Positions 1-10,936 are shown, counted from the first letter of the stretch. The stretch is DNA of 64,000 bases from Gammaproteobacteria bacterium (GCA_965116495.1 OZ220696.1:4160001-4224000), one strand, 5' to 3'. Translations and numbers: made by a program. The notes: generated by a model from the letters alone, not told the origin.

Positions 1-17
1 GGAGCCGAGGTGATACG

Positions 18-785
18 GTGAGTGGTGAAACTGCACGACAGGAGTTATTCCAGTACATCATCAGGCTTGGGGATAACGCCTTGATTAACGGCCAGCGCCT
101 GGCTGAATGGTGTGGTCACGGACCGTTTGTGGAAGAAGATATCGCCATGACCAATATCGCGCTGGACCTGGTCGGGCGCGCCCGCATGCTGCTGACTTAC
201 GCCGGTGAGGTGGAGGGCGAGGGCAGGACGGAAGATGACCTGGCTTATTTTCGCACTGGACGGGAATTCCGGAATTTTCAAATCATGGAATTACCGGCGG
301 GTGATTTTGCCTTCACCACGGCCAGGCAGTTCTTCGTTGATGCGTATGATTATTTCTACTACCAGGCATTGCAGTACTCCGTTGATTCCACCCTGGCCGG
401 CATCGCGGCAAAAACCCTGAAGGAATGTGATTACCACCTGCGTCACAGCGGCGAATGGATGATTCGTCTTGGTGATGGAACCGAAGAGAGTCATGCAAAA
501 ATCAGCGCGGCCGTGGCCGAGTTGATGCCGTTCACTTACGAGTTGTTCGACGCGGACGGGATCGACCGGGCCATGCAGGCGAATCAAATCGGCGTGGACC
601 TGAAAAGCGTCGAAGCGTTGTGGAATGAAAAAGTGAACAACGTACTCAATGAGGCTACGCTGGAACGGCCGGAACTGACGTATACCCGCAGCGGGGGAAG
701 ACAGGGCCTGCATTCGGAACATATCGGCTATCTACTGGCTGAGATGCAGTCCCTGCAAAGAGCCATGCCAGGTCAGGATTGGTAA
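18..785 (+). CDS. paaC: phenylacetyl-CoA 1,2-epoxidase structural subunit
   Basis: Motifs LGDNALINGQRLAEWCGHGP, EEDIAMTNIALDLVGRAR, RLGDGTEESH, HSEHIGYLLAEMQSLQR; directly upstream of paaD/E/X. Confidence 0.95.
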   Translation: MSGETARQELFQYIIRLGDNALINGQRLAEWCGHGPFVEEDIAMTNIALDLVGRARMLLTYAGEVEGEGRTEDDLAYFRTGREFRNFQIMELPAGDFAFTTARQFFVDAYDYFYYQALQYSVDSTLAGIAAKTLKECDYHLRHSGEWMIRLGDGTEESHAKISAAVAELMPFTYELFDADGIDRAMQANQIGVDLKSVEALWNEKVNNVLNEATLERPELTYTRSGGRQGLHSEHIGYLLAEMQSLQRAMPGQDW

Positions 786-810
786 CGCAGTATCCGTTCC
801 CACTACCGCT

Positions 811-1341
811 ATGACAGCTATTCATATGTCAGCCACCTGCTCATCGGATAACTACCCGGACCGCGTTATCGACGAGATTAGAGTTCTTCTTGAACAGGTT
901 GCCGATCCCGAAATACCTGTTTTAACCATCGCCGACCTGGGTATATTGCAGGGCGTGTACCGGCATGAAGGCAGGGTACGGGTCGTGATCACGCCTACCT
1001 ACAGCGGTTGTCCGGCGATGCAGACTATTGAGCAGGATATCAGGACCGTTTTAACGGAAAACGGCTATGAAAACGTTGAGGTGGCAACACGGATCTCGCC
1101 GCCATGGACGACGGACTGGATGAGTGAAGCGGGCAGGGAAAAACTGTTGCAATACGGTATTGTCCCCCCGGCGGGTTCGGCTGACAAACAAAGTTTGCGT
1201 ATGCCGGATACGGGTGTGGCTTGCCCGCGCTGCCGGTCCGCCGCTACGGAAGAAATCAGCCGTTTCGGTTCAACTCCCTGCAAGGCCTTGTACAGGTGTA
1301 ACGATTGTCTGGAACCCTTCGACTATTTCAAATGCATATAA
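811..1341 (+). CDS. paaD: phenylacetyl-CoA epoxidase subunit (PaaD/PaaJ)
   Basis: VADPEIPVLTIADLG, TPTYSGCPAM, CPRC...FGSTPCKALYRC...EPFDYFKCI. Confidence 0.95.
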   Translation: MTAIHMSATCSSDNYPDRVIDEIRVLLEQVADPEIPVLTIADLGILQGVYRHEGRVRVVITPTYSGCPAMQTIEQDIRTVLTENGYENVEVATRISPPWTTDWMSEAGREKLLQYGIVPPAGSADKQSLRMPDTGVACPRCRSAATEEISRFGSTPCKALYRCNDCLEPFDYFKCI

Positions 1342-1348
1342 CACATTT

Positions 1349-1422
1349 TATCCGCCGATGACGCACATGATCGCAGATGAAGACATCTTTTTTCCTGTTT
1401 TATCTGTGTACATCTGTGGATA
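1349..1422. repeat. degenerate intergenic inverted repeat
   Basis: TATCCGCCGATGACGCACATGATCGCAGAT ... ATCTGTGTACATCTGTGGATA, imperfectly complementary arms between paaD and paaE. Confidence 0.5.
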
Positions 1423-1442
1423 CGGATTGATTCTTATCGAAA

Positions 1443-2525
1443 ATGCCGGAATTTCATCCTTTAACCATCGGCGCCATCAGCAAAGAGACGGATAACGCAG
1501 TTTGCCTGACGTTCGACGTACCTGCCGGCCTGTCCGAAACCTACCGGTTTACCCAGGGCCAGTACCTGACCCTGAAGGCCGAGATCGATGGCGCCGAAGT
1601 CAGACGTTCCTATTCCATTTGTTCCGGTGTCGATGACGGGGCCCTGCGGGTTGCCGTGAAAAAAATAACCGGCGGCGTGTTTTCCACGTTCGCCAACGAG
1701 AAGTTAAACAAAGGCGACGTGATGGAAGTCATGCCGCCCCAGGGGACCTTTTTCACGCCATTACACGAGGAAAATGCACACAATTACCTGTGTATAGCAG
1801 CCGGCAGCGGCATTACACCCATTATCTCCATTATCAAGACCATATTGAAACGCGAGCCGCAAAGCCGGGTTACCTTGTTGTACGGTAACCAGCGGGTGGC
1901 GACGATCATGTTCAGGGAAGAACTGGAAGCGTCAAAAAACCGCTACATGGACCGCTTCCAGTGGATCAATATCCTCAGCAGGGAACGCCAGGACGTGGAA
2001 ATCCTGAACGGCCGGATCAACAACAGAAAAGGCGCTGAACTGATCCGGCACCTGCTTGACCTGCGCGCCATTGACGAGTTTTTCCTGTGCGGTCCCGAGG
2101 CGATGATATCGGAAGTTTCCCGGGGACTACGCTCCGAGGGTATTGACGAGCGTAACATCCATTACGAACTGTTTGCCGAATCAGCCGAAGCAGCCGCGAC
2201 AAGAGTGGCAAAACACCATGAACGGGCGATTAAACTGGGGGGCATGGTGGCGCAGGTCAGCGTCAATGCCGATGGCCGTGAAACCCGGTTTGAATTGAGC
2301 GCTGACGGCCAGAACATTCTCGACGGCGCCCTGGATAACGGCGTTGACCTGCCGTTTGCCTGTAAAGGCGGCGTTTGCGCAACCTGCAAGGCAAAACTGC
2401 TGGAAGGGGAAGTGGATATGGACATCAACCACGCCCTGGAGGCTGACGAACTAGCGGCGGGTTATATACTCACCTGCCAGGCACACCCGGTTTCGGACCG
2501 GGTCGTCGTCGATTTCGATGAATAA
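1443..2525 (+). CDS. paaE: phenylacetyl-CoA epoxidase reductase subunit (FAD/NAD-binding plus 2Fe-2S)
   Basis: RRSYSICS, AAGSGITP, C-terminal CKGGVCATC...ILTCQ ferredoxin motif. Confidence 0.95.
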   Translation: MPEFHPLTIGAISKETDNAVCLTFDVPAGLSETYRFTQGQYLTLKAEIDGAEVRRSYSICSGVDDGALRVAVKKITGGVFSTFANEKLNKGDVMEVMPPQGTFFTPLHEENAHNYLCIAAGSGITPIISIIKTILKREPQSRVTLLYGNQRVATIMFREELEASKNRYMDRFQWINILSRERQDVEILNGRINNRKGAELIRHLLDLRAIDEFFLCGPEAMISEVSRGLRSEGIDERNIHYELFAESAEAAATRVAKHHERAIKLGGMVAQVSVNADGRETRFELSADGQNILDGALDNGVDLPFACKGGVCATCKAKLLEGEVDMDINHALEADELAAGYILTCQAHPVSDRVVVDFDE

Positions 2526-2531
2526 CAGACA

Positions 2532-3449
2532 ATGAAGCAGGTCAGCAGGCTGCTGGCGGAGTTTGCCTCCCGTAAACCCATACGCACAGGCTCGCTGATC
2601 ATCAGTATTTTCGGTGATGCGGTTTCTCCCCACAGCAGCGCCGTCTGGCTGGGCAGTCTGATCAAGGTGCTGGAACCGTTCGGATTAAACCAGAGGCAGA
2701 TTCGCACGGCGGTGTTCAGGCTGGTGCAGGAGGACTGGCTGGTTGCCAGGCAGATGGGCAGGCGCAGTTATTACAGCTTTACCGGGGCGGGCCAGAGGCA
2801 TTACGAAAAGGCCGCGCGCAGGATTTACCATGCCAAGCGGGAGCTCTGGGACAGAAAGTGGACCCTGGTACTGCCGACTTCGTGCGACAACCGGGAAAAG
2901 GACCTGTTGCGCAGGGAGTTATCCTGGCTCGGTTATGGCGCGTTGACCCCGGGCATGCTGGGGCATCCTTCTGCTGACCGGCAATCGCTTGATGAAACCC
3001 TGCTGGAACTGAAACTTACGGACAAGGTGGTTGTATTAATCGCCAGTACCGAGGACGTTGCCTCTCGCGAAGTATTGAGGAAGCTATGCCAAGACTGCTG
3101 GGGCCTTGCCGGGATTGAGAAAAGATACAACCATTTTATCCAGCGTTACGGCGCGATATACCGGGCACTGAGGAAGGCGAAGCAGCGGGATGACGAGCAG
3201 TGTTTCCAGGTCCGTACCCTGCTCATCCATGAGTACCGGCGCATACTGTTGCAGGATTCCGATCTTCCCGAAGAACTCCTGCCGCCGAACTGGCCGGGCG
3301 CCTCGGCATATAACCTGACAAAGAAGATATACCATGCCGTGCAGCAAGGCTCGGTTGACTACCTGATGAGGAACATGGAAACAGTCGAAGGAGGACTGGA
3401 CGGACCCGGCAGGAGTTTTTATTCGAGGTTTGACGGCGCCGCAGTATAA
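2532..3449 (+). CDS. paaX: phenylacetate catabolism repressor
   Basis: GSLIISIFGD, VWLGSLI, RTAVFRL, RTLLIHEYRRILLQD.DLPEELLPPNWPG. Confidence 0.93.
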   Translation: MKQVSRLLAEFASRKPIRTGSLIISIFGDAVSPHSSAVWLGSLIKVLEPFGLNQRQIRTAVFRLVQEDWLVARQMGRRSYYSFTGAGQRHYEKAARRIYHAKRELWDRKWTLVLPTSCDNREKDLLRRELSWLGYGALTPGMLGHPSADRQSLDETLLELKLTDKVVVLIASTEDVASREVLRKLCQDCWGLAGIEKRYNHFIQRYGAIYRALRKAKQRDDEQCFQVRTLLIHEYRRILLQDSDLPEELLPPNWPGASAYNLTKKIYHAVQQGSVDYLMRNMETVEGGLDGPGRSFYSRFDGAAV

Positions 3450-3617
3450 TATCCGCCTTGTTACAGGATATTCGGGTAAAACAAACGAAAACCTGCCAGG
3501 GAGAGTACATATTACCCTTTGTAACCGTTTACATTACCCCGCGCCTCTGTATATTCTAAGGAAAACCGTCTATGTTATCTGCGTATAAAAAGTAAAAAAC
3601 GAGTGAGGAAGAAAGAG

Positions 3618-5243
3618 ATGTTAGGTCTGATGATGGACAGGCAGTTGACCATTACCTCAATAATGGAGCACGCCGACAGGTACCATCCCGACACGGAGAT
3701 TGTCTCCGTCACCAATGACACTCCCAGGCACAGGTACACGTATGCAGAGGCATTCCGCAGGACCCGGCGCCTGGCGAACGCCTTGATCGACTACGGTATA
3801 GGGGCCGGGGAGCGTGTCGCTACCCTTGCCTGGAACGATTACCGCCACTTTGAGTTATATTACGCCATTGCGGGGATCGGGGCCGTCACGCACACGGTCA
3901 ACCCGCGCCTGTTCCCTGATCAGATCAGCTATATCATTAACCATGCAGAAGACAGGCTGGTCTTCGTTGATCCGCTTATCCTGCCGGTGCTGGAGAAAAT
4001 CAGTGATGACCTGTCCGGCGTTGAAGCCTATATTGTTTTAACGGATGAAGAAAACATGCCGGATACGGACCTGTGCAACGCACAGTCCTATGAAGGCTTC
4101 ATCGGCCGCCATGCGGACCGGATCGACTGGCCTGAACTGGATGAGAAGACCGCGTGTTGCCTGTGCTATACGTCCGGGACGACCGGCAATCCCAAGGGCG
4201 TTCTGTACCATCATCGCTCAATGGTGTTACATACACTGGTCGGCATCTCTCCGGACGGACTCAACCTGTCTGTACGGGACGTGGTCATGCCGGTCGTGCC
4301 CATGTTCCATGTCAACGCCTGGGGCCTGGCTTACGGGGCGCCGGCAGTGGGAACGAAACTGGTCTTTCCCGGCCCAAAGATGGGGGACGGGGCGACCCTG
4401 CAGGCGTTGATTGAAGAAGAGGAGGTCACTTATTCTGCCGGGGTGCCCACGGTATGGCTGAACCTGTTGAAGTATCTTGCGGAATCCGGCAAGGAGGTCA
4501 GCACACTGAAACGGGTGATCATCGGCGGATCGGCATGCCCCCGTTCGATCATGGAGGAGTTTGAAGATCGCCATGGGGTTTACGTCAACCATGCCTGGGG
4601 TATGACGGAGATGAGCCCCCTGGGGACGATCAATACCCTGAAACCGGGGATGCTGGAACTGCCGCGGGAAGAGCAATATGCCGTAAGAATGAAGCAGGGG
4701 CGCCCGCTTTACGGCGTCGAGATGAAGATTGTCGATGATGACGGCAATGAGCTGCCCAGGGACGGACAGGCGACAGGGCTTCTCAAGGTACGCGGGCCGT
4801 TTATCTGCAGCGAATACTACCGGGAGGATACCCCGAGTGACGTACACAATGATGACGGCTGGTTCAGTACGGGAGACGTAGGGTCCATAGACGCCGAAGG
4901 TTACCTGCAGATTACCGACAGGTCCAAGGATGTCATCAAGTCCGGGGGTGAGTGGATCAGTTCCATCGACCTGGAAAACGCGGCGGTAGGCCATCCCGAC
5001 GTCGCCGAGGCTGCAGTGATCGGGGTGCCGCACCCGAGGTGGGGGGAGCGCCCATTGCTGATCCTGGTCAGGAAAGAGGGCGGGGATGCGGGCAAGCAGG
5101 AAGTCCTGGACTGGCTCAAGGACAGGGTGGCAAAATGGTGGGTGCCCGATGATGTGGTCTATGTTGACGAGATCCCGCACACGGCGACGGGAAAGATACA
5201 GAAAACCGAACTGCGCAAACGCTTCAAGGACTATGTGATTTAA
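3618..5243 (+). CDS. acyl-CoA ligase, AlkK/DmdB-like (possible 3-methylmercaptopropionate-CoA ligase)
   Basis: [15 protein letters not shown] start, [14 protein letters not shown]-binding loop, [33 protein letters not shown]; ATG 3618 preferred over GTG 3603. Confidence 0.85.
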   Translation: MLGLMMDRQLTITSIMEHADRYHPDTEIVSVTNDTPRHRYTYAEAFRRTRRLANALIDYGIGAGERVATLAWNDYRHFELYYAIAGIGAVTHTVNPRLFPDQISYIINHAEDRLVFVDPLILPVLEKISDDLSGVEAYIVLTDEENMPDTDLCNAQSYEGFIGRHADRIDWPELDEKTACCLCYTSGTTGNPKGVLYHHRSMVLHTLVGISPDGLNLSVRDVVMPVVPMFHVNAWGLAYGAPAVGTKLVFPGPKMGDGATLQALIEEEEVTYSAGVPTVWLNLLKYLAESGKEVSTLKRVIIGGSACPRSIMEEFEDRHGVYVNHAWGMTEMSPLGTINTLKPGMLELPREEQYAVRMKQGRPLYGVEMKIVDDDGNELPRDGQATGLLKVRGPFICSEYYREDTPSDVHNDDGWFSTGDVGSIDAEGYLQITDRSKDVIKSGGEWISSIDLENAAVGHPDVAEAAVIGVPHPRWGERPLLILVRKEGGDAGKQEVLDWLKDRVAKWWVPDDVVYVDEIPHTATGKIQKTELRKRFKDYVI

Positions 5244-5331
5244 CATGGATTCACAGGATATTATAGTGATTGGTTCAATCACTTGACCGGGATATCCGGG
5301 GTCAGGCAATATTAATCGTGTTACCAATCTG

Positions 5332-6591
5332 ATGAACAGCAAACGAGAAGCGCGGCACCATACGTTGCCCGCAACCAGTGAAACCATACACTGGGGTTAT
5401 TTCAGCAAGAACGTCGAGCCTGCACTGACCGTCATGTCGGGCGACTTCATTACTGTCGAAACGCTGAGCCACCATGCCAATGATGATGCCTCGTTGATGG
5501 TGGATGGCGATCCGGGCGCCGAGAGTGTATTCCGCTGGACCAGGGACGGCAAGGGCGTTGACCGCCGCGGCGCCGGACCTGTGGATGCGTCGCAGTTCGG
5601 CCGCGGCTCTGGAGAAGGCCTGGGCGTGCATATCCTGACCGGGCCCATTTATATCGAGGAAGCGGAGCCCGGCGATATCGTGGAAGTCCGCATTCTCGAC
5701 CTCAGGCCCCGTCCCAGCGCCAATCCCGATCACCCGGGTAAGGCCTTCGGCAGTAATGCCGCAGCCTGGTGGGGCTATCATTACCAGGATCTGATCACCG
5801 AACCCAGGCCGCGCGAAGTCGTCACCATCTATGAAATTGACGTAACCGGCGAGCGCACCTGGGCCAGGGCGCTGTATAACTACCGCTGGGTGCCGCAGAC
5901 CGACCCGTACGGTGTGGAACACGCTACCATCGATTACCCCGGTGTGCCGGTCAACCATGACACGGTTGACAAAAATAACTCGATTTTGCCCGGCGTGCGG
6001 GTACCGATCCGCCCCCATTTCGGCACCATGGGGCTGGCGCCCGTGGAGGCTGATTTCGTCAATACCATACCGCCCGGCTATTTCGGCGGCAACATCGATA
6101 ACTGGCGCATCGGCAAGGGCGGCACCATGTATTACCCGGTGGCGGTGCCGGGAGGTCTGCTGAGCGCCGGCGACCCGCACGCGGCCCAGGGCGATTCCGA
6201 ACTGGCCGGTACGGCGATTGAAACCTCGCTGACCGGCGTCATCCAGGTCATCCTGCATAAACAGGACGCGCTGGCCGGCACCGTGTTACAGGGACTGGAC
6301 TACCCGTTGCTGGAAACCGATTCGGAGTACGTCGTGCACGGTTTCAGCTATGCCAACTACCTGGCCGAGCTTGGCGAAGACGCGCAGAGCGAGATAAACA
6401 ACAAGTCGTCGGTTGACAACGCCATGCGCGATGCGTTCCGGAAAATGCGCAAATTCCTGATGAATGCCAAGGGGTTCAGCGAAGACGAGGCCATCACCCT
6501 GATGTCGGTGGCGGCCGACTTCGGCGTAACCCAGGTGGTTGACGGCAACTGGGGCGTGCATGGTATTATCCCTAAAGGGATTTTTCCTTAA
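5332..6591 (+). CDS. acetamidase/formamidase family protein
   Basis: IHWGYFS, HILTGPIYI, GGNIDNWR, GDPHAAQGDSELAGTAIE, DFGVTQVVDGNWGVH. Confidence 0.88.
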   Translation: MNSKREARHHTLPATSETIHWGYFSKNVEPALTVMSGDFITVETLSHHANDDASLMVDGDPGAESVFRWTRDGKGVDRRGAGPVDASQFGRGSGEGLGVHILTGPIYIEEAEPGDIVEVRILDLRPRPSANPDHPGKAFGSNAAAWWGYHYQDLITEPRPREVVTIYEIDVTGERTWARALYNYRWVPQTDPYGVEHATIDYPGVPVNHDTVDKNNSILPGVRVPIRPHFGTMGLAPVEADFVNTIPPGYFGGNIDNWRIGKGGTMYYPVAVPGGLLSAGDPHAAQGDSELAGTAIETSLTGVIQVILHKQDALAGTVLQGLDYPLLETDSEYVVHGFSYANYLAELGEDAQSEINNKSSVDNAMRDAFRKMRKFLMNAKGFSEDEAITLMSVAADFGVTQVVDGNWGVHGIIPKGIFP

Positions 6592-6654
6592 ACGGAACCA
6601 GGCAAGGTCGCCGGCGAAAATGACTGCTGTCTTGAATGATTAAGTCAGGGGGGA

Positions 6655-7017
6655 ATGATGCTGGATACAAATGTACTGAATGACCTGGTCGGCTGTTATC
6701 TTGTCCTGGCCATTGGTTATAATCTTCTCAGTCTTATCCTGTATGATGTGAAGGGGCAGGCGCTCACTTCCAATAAGCCGGTCCAGGCCATCGTCCTGGT
6801 GGCGCTTCTCTACATGATTTACGTGAGCGAAGCCGCGCTGGGCAGCGGCGCCTGGATGTTTCTGATGGTCGTGTTCCTGCTGCTGATCCTGCGCTTCGGC
6901 ATTTACCAGCACCTGGCAGGTTACGATGAAAACAAGTATTTCTCCCGTAGCGCATGGGTGGCAGCCGTTGCGATCAATGTCTTTGGCGTCGCCGTCCTGA
7001 CGTTGTCCCTGTTTTAA
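6655..7017 (+). CDS. small integral membrane protein of unknown function
   Basis: About four hydrophobic segments; GGGGGA-type RBS upstream; fills the gap before convergent putA. Confidence 0.65.
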   Translation: MMLDTNVLNDLVGCYLVLAIGYNLLSLILYDVKGQALTSNKPVQAIVLVALLYMIYVSEAALGSGAWMFLMVVFLLLILRFGIYQHLAGYDENKYFSRSAWVAAVAINVFGVAVLTLSLF

Positions 7018-7025
7018 CCCGGGTA

Positions 7026-10000
7026 TCACATCGCCAACAGGCTGGCGTTCCCGCCGATGGCCGCGCGGTTGACGCTACAGGTCTGTTCCGTGGTAAAACG
7101 TAACAGGTAGTGGGGGCCGCCGGCCTTTGGCCCCGTCCCCGACAAACCGCAACCGCCGAAAGGTTGCACGCCCACTACGGCGCCGACCATGTTCCGGTTT
7201 ACATACACGTTGCCGACGCGGATACGCTCGCGGATATATTGTGCCCGCTGTTCGATACGGCTCTGTATGCCCAGTGTCAGGCCGTAACCCAGCCCGTTTA
7301 TCCGCTCCAGGAGCGCATCCAGTGTTCCGGCGTCGTAGCGCAGCACGTGTAATACCGGTCCGAATACCTCCTCTTTCAGATCGGACAGCGACTCGATTTC
7401 GATGATCGCCGGGGATACGAAATAACCTTGTACATCGGTGCCGGGTCCGCGGTATAACAGCCTGCCGTTTGCCCGTGCGCTGCTTATGTAATCTTCGAGC
7501 CGGGTCTGCGCCGCCAGGTCGATGACAGGTCCCACATCCGTATCCAGGCGGGCAGGGTCCCCGACGACCCATTCATCCATGTGTTCTACCAGGAGTCCCA
7601 GCACCCGCTCTGCAATCTCGGTTTGCAGGCACAGCACGCGCAGTGCGGAACAGCGCTGGCCGGCGCTGTTGAAAGCGGATTGCACTGCGTCCTGAACAAC
7701 CTGTTCCGGCAGTGCCGAACTGTCCACCAGCATGGCGTTGATGCCTCCGGTCTCGGCGATCAGGCTTGCCAGGGGGCCGTTCCGTGCAGCCAGGTCAAGA
7801 TTGATGCGCCGCGCGGTCTCCGTTGAACCGGTAAATGCCACGCCGGCGACCCTGGGATCGTAAAGCAGGGCATTGCCCAGTTCAGGGCCTGAGCCGGGGA
7901 GGAATGCCAGTACCTCTTTGGGGATGCCCGCTTCGTACAGCAACCCCGTGAGCCGGCAAGCAACGAGGGATGCCTGCTCCGCGGGTTTGGCTATGACCGT
8001 ATTACCTGCCGCCAGTGCCGCCGCTACCTGGCCGGTGTAAATGGCGACGGGAAAGTTCCACGGGCTGATACAGACAAACACGCCGCGGCCGCAAAGCCGC
8101 AGTGCGTTGCTCTCTCCAACGGGTCCGGGCAGATCAAGGTCCGCGGCCATCAGCCTGCGACAGCAACCGGCGTAGTAGCGCAGGAAGTCCACGGCTTCGC
8201 GCACGTCATCGTGGGTATCCCGCAGACATTTGCCGGCTTCGAGCACGCACAGTGCCGCCAGGTCGGCCAGGTGTGCCTCGAAAATATCCGCGGCCTTCTC
8301 GAGTATCCCGGCCCGGTGCTCCGCAGTGGTACGGCGCCAGGAGGCAAATGCTTCTGCCGTAACGGCCACGGCCTGTGCCGCAATGCCGGGGGTGGCATCC
8401 CATACGCGTCCCACACGCTCACAGGTATCGGCAGGATTGACTACTGTCCTGGGTTTTCCGCCCAGGCGTTTACCGTTGACTACGGGGGCGGCTGTCCATT
8501 CCCGCGCACGGGTCCGGGAGACGCTTTCGAACAGTGGTAAAAGGTCCGCGTGGTCGGCGAAATTCAACCCGCGGGAGTTTCTCCGTTCCGGCCGGAACAG
8601 GTCCGGCGGTAACGGGATGCGGGGATGGCGCGTTACTTCGTTGTTACGCTCTGTTGCGGCCACGGGGTCCGCGACCAGTTCGGAAACGGAGATATCCCGG
8701 TCGGCAATGCGGTTGATGAATGACACGTTGGCGCCGTTTTCCAGCAGACGGCGCACGAGATAGGGCAGCAGGTCTTCGTGCGCGCCCACCGGTGCGTACA
8801 CACGGCAGGGAATATTGAGGCCTTGCGCATCGGTAACAGAGTCGTACAGTTCCTTACCCATGCCGTATAACCGCTGGAATTCAAATTCCCGGTCCTCGGC
8901 GTGATGATGGATGTAACTGACCGTATGGGCATTGTGGGTCGCAAACTGCGGGTAAATGTACGGACAATCCGCAAGCAGGAAACGGGCACAAGCCAGGTAG
9001 GAGACGTCGGTGTTGCGTTTCAGGGTAAACACCGGGTAGTCCGCCAGTCCCTGCTCCTGGGCCCGTTTGATCTCCATGTCCCAATAGGCGCCCTTGACCA
9101 GGCGCACGGGGATGACGCGCCTGTGTTCACAGGCAAGCCGGTTGAGACTCTCCAGCAGGGGCAGCGCGCGTTTCTGGTAAGCCTGTACCGCCAGTCCCAG
9201 CCCTGCCCAGCCGCGCACGCCGGGATGACGATATAGCCGGTCGAACACCTGGAGACTGATCTCAAGCCGCTCAGCCTCCTCCGCATCGATAGTCAGGGCA
9301 ATCCCTGCGCTGCGGGCGGCTTTCCCGAGGTGCAGCATCCGGTCCGTCAGTTCGGAAACCGCGCGGGCGGACTGGCCGGGTTCAAACCGGGGGCACAGGG
9401 AGGAAAGTTTGACGGAGATTCCCGGGCGTTCCTGAACCTGCATCCCGGCGTCAACGACACCGCCAAGCGCCTTGATGGCCTGCGTATAAGCCTGCTCATA
9501 ACGGTCCGTAGCAGCCCTGGTCAGGGCCGCCTCGCCCAGCATGTCGTAGGAAAAACGATAATGCCGCAGGCCGTCCGTCTCACTGCGGCGCAACGCCTCG
9601 TCAATAGTGCGCCCCGTGACGAATTCATCCGCCAAGATTTTCATGGCCGCTTTCAGCGCCGCGCGCAGCACCGGCTGTTCGAGCCGGCTGAGCAGTTTGC
9701 GCAGCAGGTCCAGCGGTGCCGGTGCATCGCCCTGTCCGGTATAAAGGAGCTTTCCCGTCAGCATCAGCCCCCAGGTAGACGCGTTCACGAACAGGGAATC
9801 ATCCTGTCCCAGGTGCTGTTCCCAATCGGCGGATTTCAGCTTGTCGGCAATCAAGGCGTCCGTAGTGCCAGCATCGGGAACGCGCAACAACGCCTCGGCC
9901 AGGCACATCAGGACGACGCCCTCGTGAGAGGAGAGGTCGTAATGGTTTAACAATGCGTGCAGTCCCGTTGCTTGTTGCTGTCGTGTGCGTACTGTTTGCG

Positions 10001-10172
10001 CCAGGGACCTTGCGGTACTCTCAATCTTTCGCTTCAGCCCGGGCTCCGAACGGGCCAGCGGCAGCAGGCGCGCCATGATGCTACCCTCATCTGCGAGGTA
10101 GTCCCTGTTAAGTTCTGCCGTATTGATCCCGGCTTCCTGTCCTGGTGGACAGATTTTCGCAAATTGGCCCAT
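7026..10172 (-). CDS. putA: bifunctional proline dehydrogenase / glutamate-semialdehyde dehydrogenase
   Basis: SYDMLGEAA, ISVKLS, VRLVKGAYWD, VRRLLENGAN, CISPWNFP, ETGG, SAGQRCS, GTGPKAGGP; start set at 10172 because the ORF-track extension reads through a palindromic repeat. Confidence 0.95.
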   Translation of the reverse strand: MGQFAKICPPGQEAGINTAELNRDYLADEGSIMARLLPLARSEPGLKRKIESTARSLAQTVRTRQQQATGLHALLNHYDLSSHEGVVLMCLAEALLRVPDAGTTDALIADKLKSADWEQHLGQDDSLFVNASTWGLMLTGKLLYTGQGDAPAPLDLLRKLLSRLEQPVLRAALKAAMKILADEFVTGRTIDEALRRSETDGLRHYRFSYDMLGEAALTRAATDRYEQAYTQAIKALGGVVDAGMQVQERPGISVKLSSLCPRFEPGQSARAVSELTDRMLHLGKAARSAGIALTIDAEEAERLEISLQVFDRLYRHPGVRGWAGLGLAVQAYQKRALPLLESLNRLACEHRRVIPVRLVKGAYWDMEIKRAQEQGLADYPVFTLKRNTDVSYLACARFLLADCPYIYPQFATHNAHTVSYIHHHAEDREFEFQRLYGMGKELYDSVTDAQGLNIPCRVYAPVGAHEDLLPYLVRRLLENGANVSFINRIADRDISVSELVADPVAATERNNEVTRHPRIPLPPDLFRPERRNSRGLNFADHADLLPLFESVSRTRAREWTAAPVVNGKRLGGKPRTVVNPADTCERVGRVWDATPGIAAQAVAVTAEAFASWRRTTAEHRAGILEKAADIFEAHLADLAALCVLEAGKCLRDTHDDVREAVDFLRYYAGCCRRLMAADLDLPGPVGESNALRLCGRGVFVCISPWNFPVAIYTGQVAAALAAGNTVIAKPAEQASLVACRLTGLLYEAGIPKEVLAFLPGSGPELGNALLYDPRVAGVAFTGSTETARRINLDLAARNGPLASLIAETGGINAMLVDSSALPEQVVQDAVQSAFNSAGQRCSALRVLCLQTEIAERVLGLLVEHMDEWVVGDPARLDTDVGPVIDLAAQTRLEDYISSARANGRLLYRGPGTDVQGYFVSPAIIEIESLSDLKEEVFGPVLHVLRYDAGTLDALLERINGLGYGLTLGIQSRIEQRAQYIRERIRVGNVYVNRNMVGAVVGVQPFGGCGLSGTGPKAGGPHYLLRFTTEQTCSVNRAAIGGNASLLAM

Positions 10173-10181
10173 CAACCCTCC

Positions 10182-10208
10182 GTCGTTCCTGCGCAAGCAG
10201 GAATCCAG
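10182..10208. repeat. REP-like palindrome, family A
   Basis: GTCGTTCCTGCGCAAGCAGGAATCCAG hairpin; related copies at about 12871, 16047, 34823, 50338, 60624 and 63104-63320. Confidence 0.75.
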
Positions 10209-10342
10209 AAAACATAATCTCATTCATGATGTAATATTTCGTATTCTAGAACATATATTTCATATTAAATTTTTATAATTTCATTTATGCAATATTATAT
10301 TTTGTTATAATAAGATTATTTAAAATAATAATTCTCTCTCCA

Positions 10343-10813
10343 ATGAAAGATCAACCCGACCGCATAGACCTGAGAATTCTCGACGTCCTGCAGGGGAACG
10401 GCAGAATTTCAAACATTGACCTGTCCAGAAAAGTGAACCTCAGTCCCGCCCCCTGCCTGGCGCGCGTGCGGAGGTTGGAAAAATCCGGGTACATCAGCGG
10501 TTACAAGGCGGTACTCAATCCCGAAAAACTGGGCCTCTCCTTGCTGGCCTACGTAGAGATTACCCTGGACCGGACCACCCCCGACGTCTTCGAAAAATTC
10601 AAGCAGGCAGTTCGGGACGTGCCGGAGATTGAAGAATGCCACATGGTGGCGGGCGGCTTCGATTACCTGATCAAGGTACGCAGCCCGGACATGGATACCT
10701 ACCGGAAAATCCTGGGAGACAGGATTGCAACAATTCCAGGAGTATTACAGACCCATACCTACGTCGTCATGGAGCAGGTAAAGCGATCCGGGAAGTTGAA
10801 CATCAGGACATAA
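10343..10813 (+). CDS. Lrp/AsnC family regulator, PutR-like, divergent from putA
   Basis: HTH RISNIDLSRKVNLSPAPCLARVRRLE, EIEECHMVAGGFDYLIK, QTHTYVVME. Confidence 0.9.
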   Translation: MKDQPDRIDLRILDVLQGNGRISNIDLSRKVNLSPAPCLARVRRLEKSGYISGYKAVLNPEKLGLSLLAYVEITLDRTTPDVFEKFKQAVRDVPEIEECHMVAGGFDYLIKVRSPDMDTYRKILGDRIATIPGVLQTHTYVVMEQVKRSGKLNIRT

Positions 10814-10814
10814 A

Positions 10815-10936
10815 GGCGCAATAATACACAGTATTGCCCGCGCCTCGGCCTCAGTACTATTTCCGTTCCTGGTGGCGCGTACGCGCAAGGCGCGATGAAC
10901 ATCGTCCGGTAGATTGCGTATCGTCAGACTTGCCAT
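10815..10936 (-). pseudogene. truncated FitA/StbC-like ribbon-helix-helix antitoxin fragment
   Basis: MASLTIRNLPDDVHRALRVRATRNGNSTEAEARAIL, after which the frame runs into the antisense strand of the Lrp gene; no PIN toxin follows. Confidence 0.7.

Noticed and set aside
4227-6258. Long minus-strand ORFs (386 aa and 318 aa)
   Set aside because: Antisense shadows of the CoA ligase and acetamidase, with no motifs; the same applies to other long antisense ORFs such as 12890-13591, 50699-51484, 58357-59151 and 60695-61459
10173-10223. N-terminal extension of PutA in the ORF track
   Set aside because: It translates a palindromic repeat (FLDSCLRRND); the downstream ATG is more plausible
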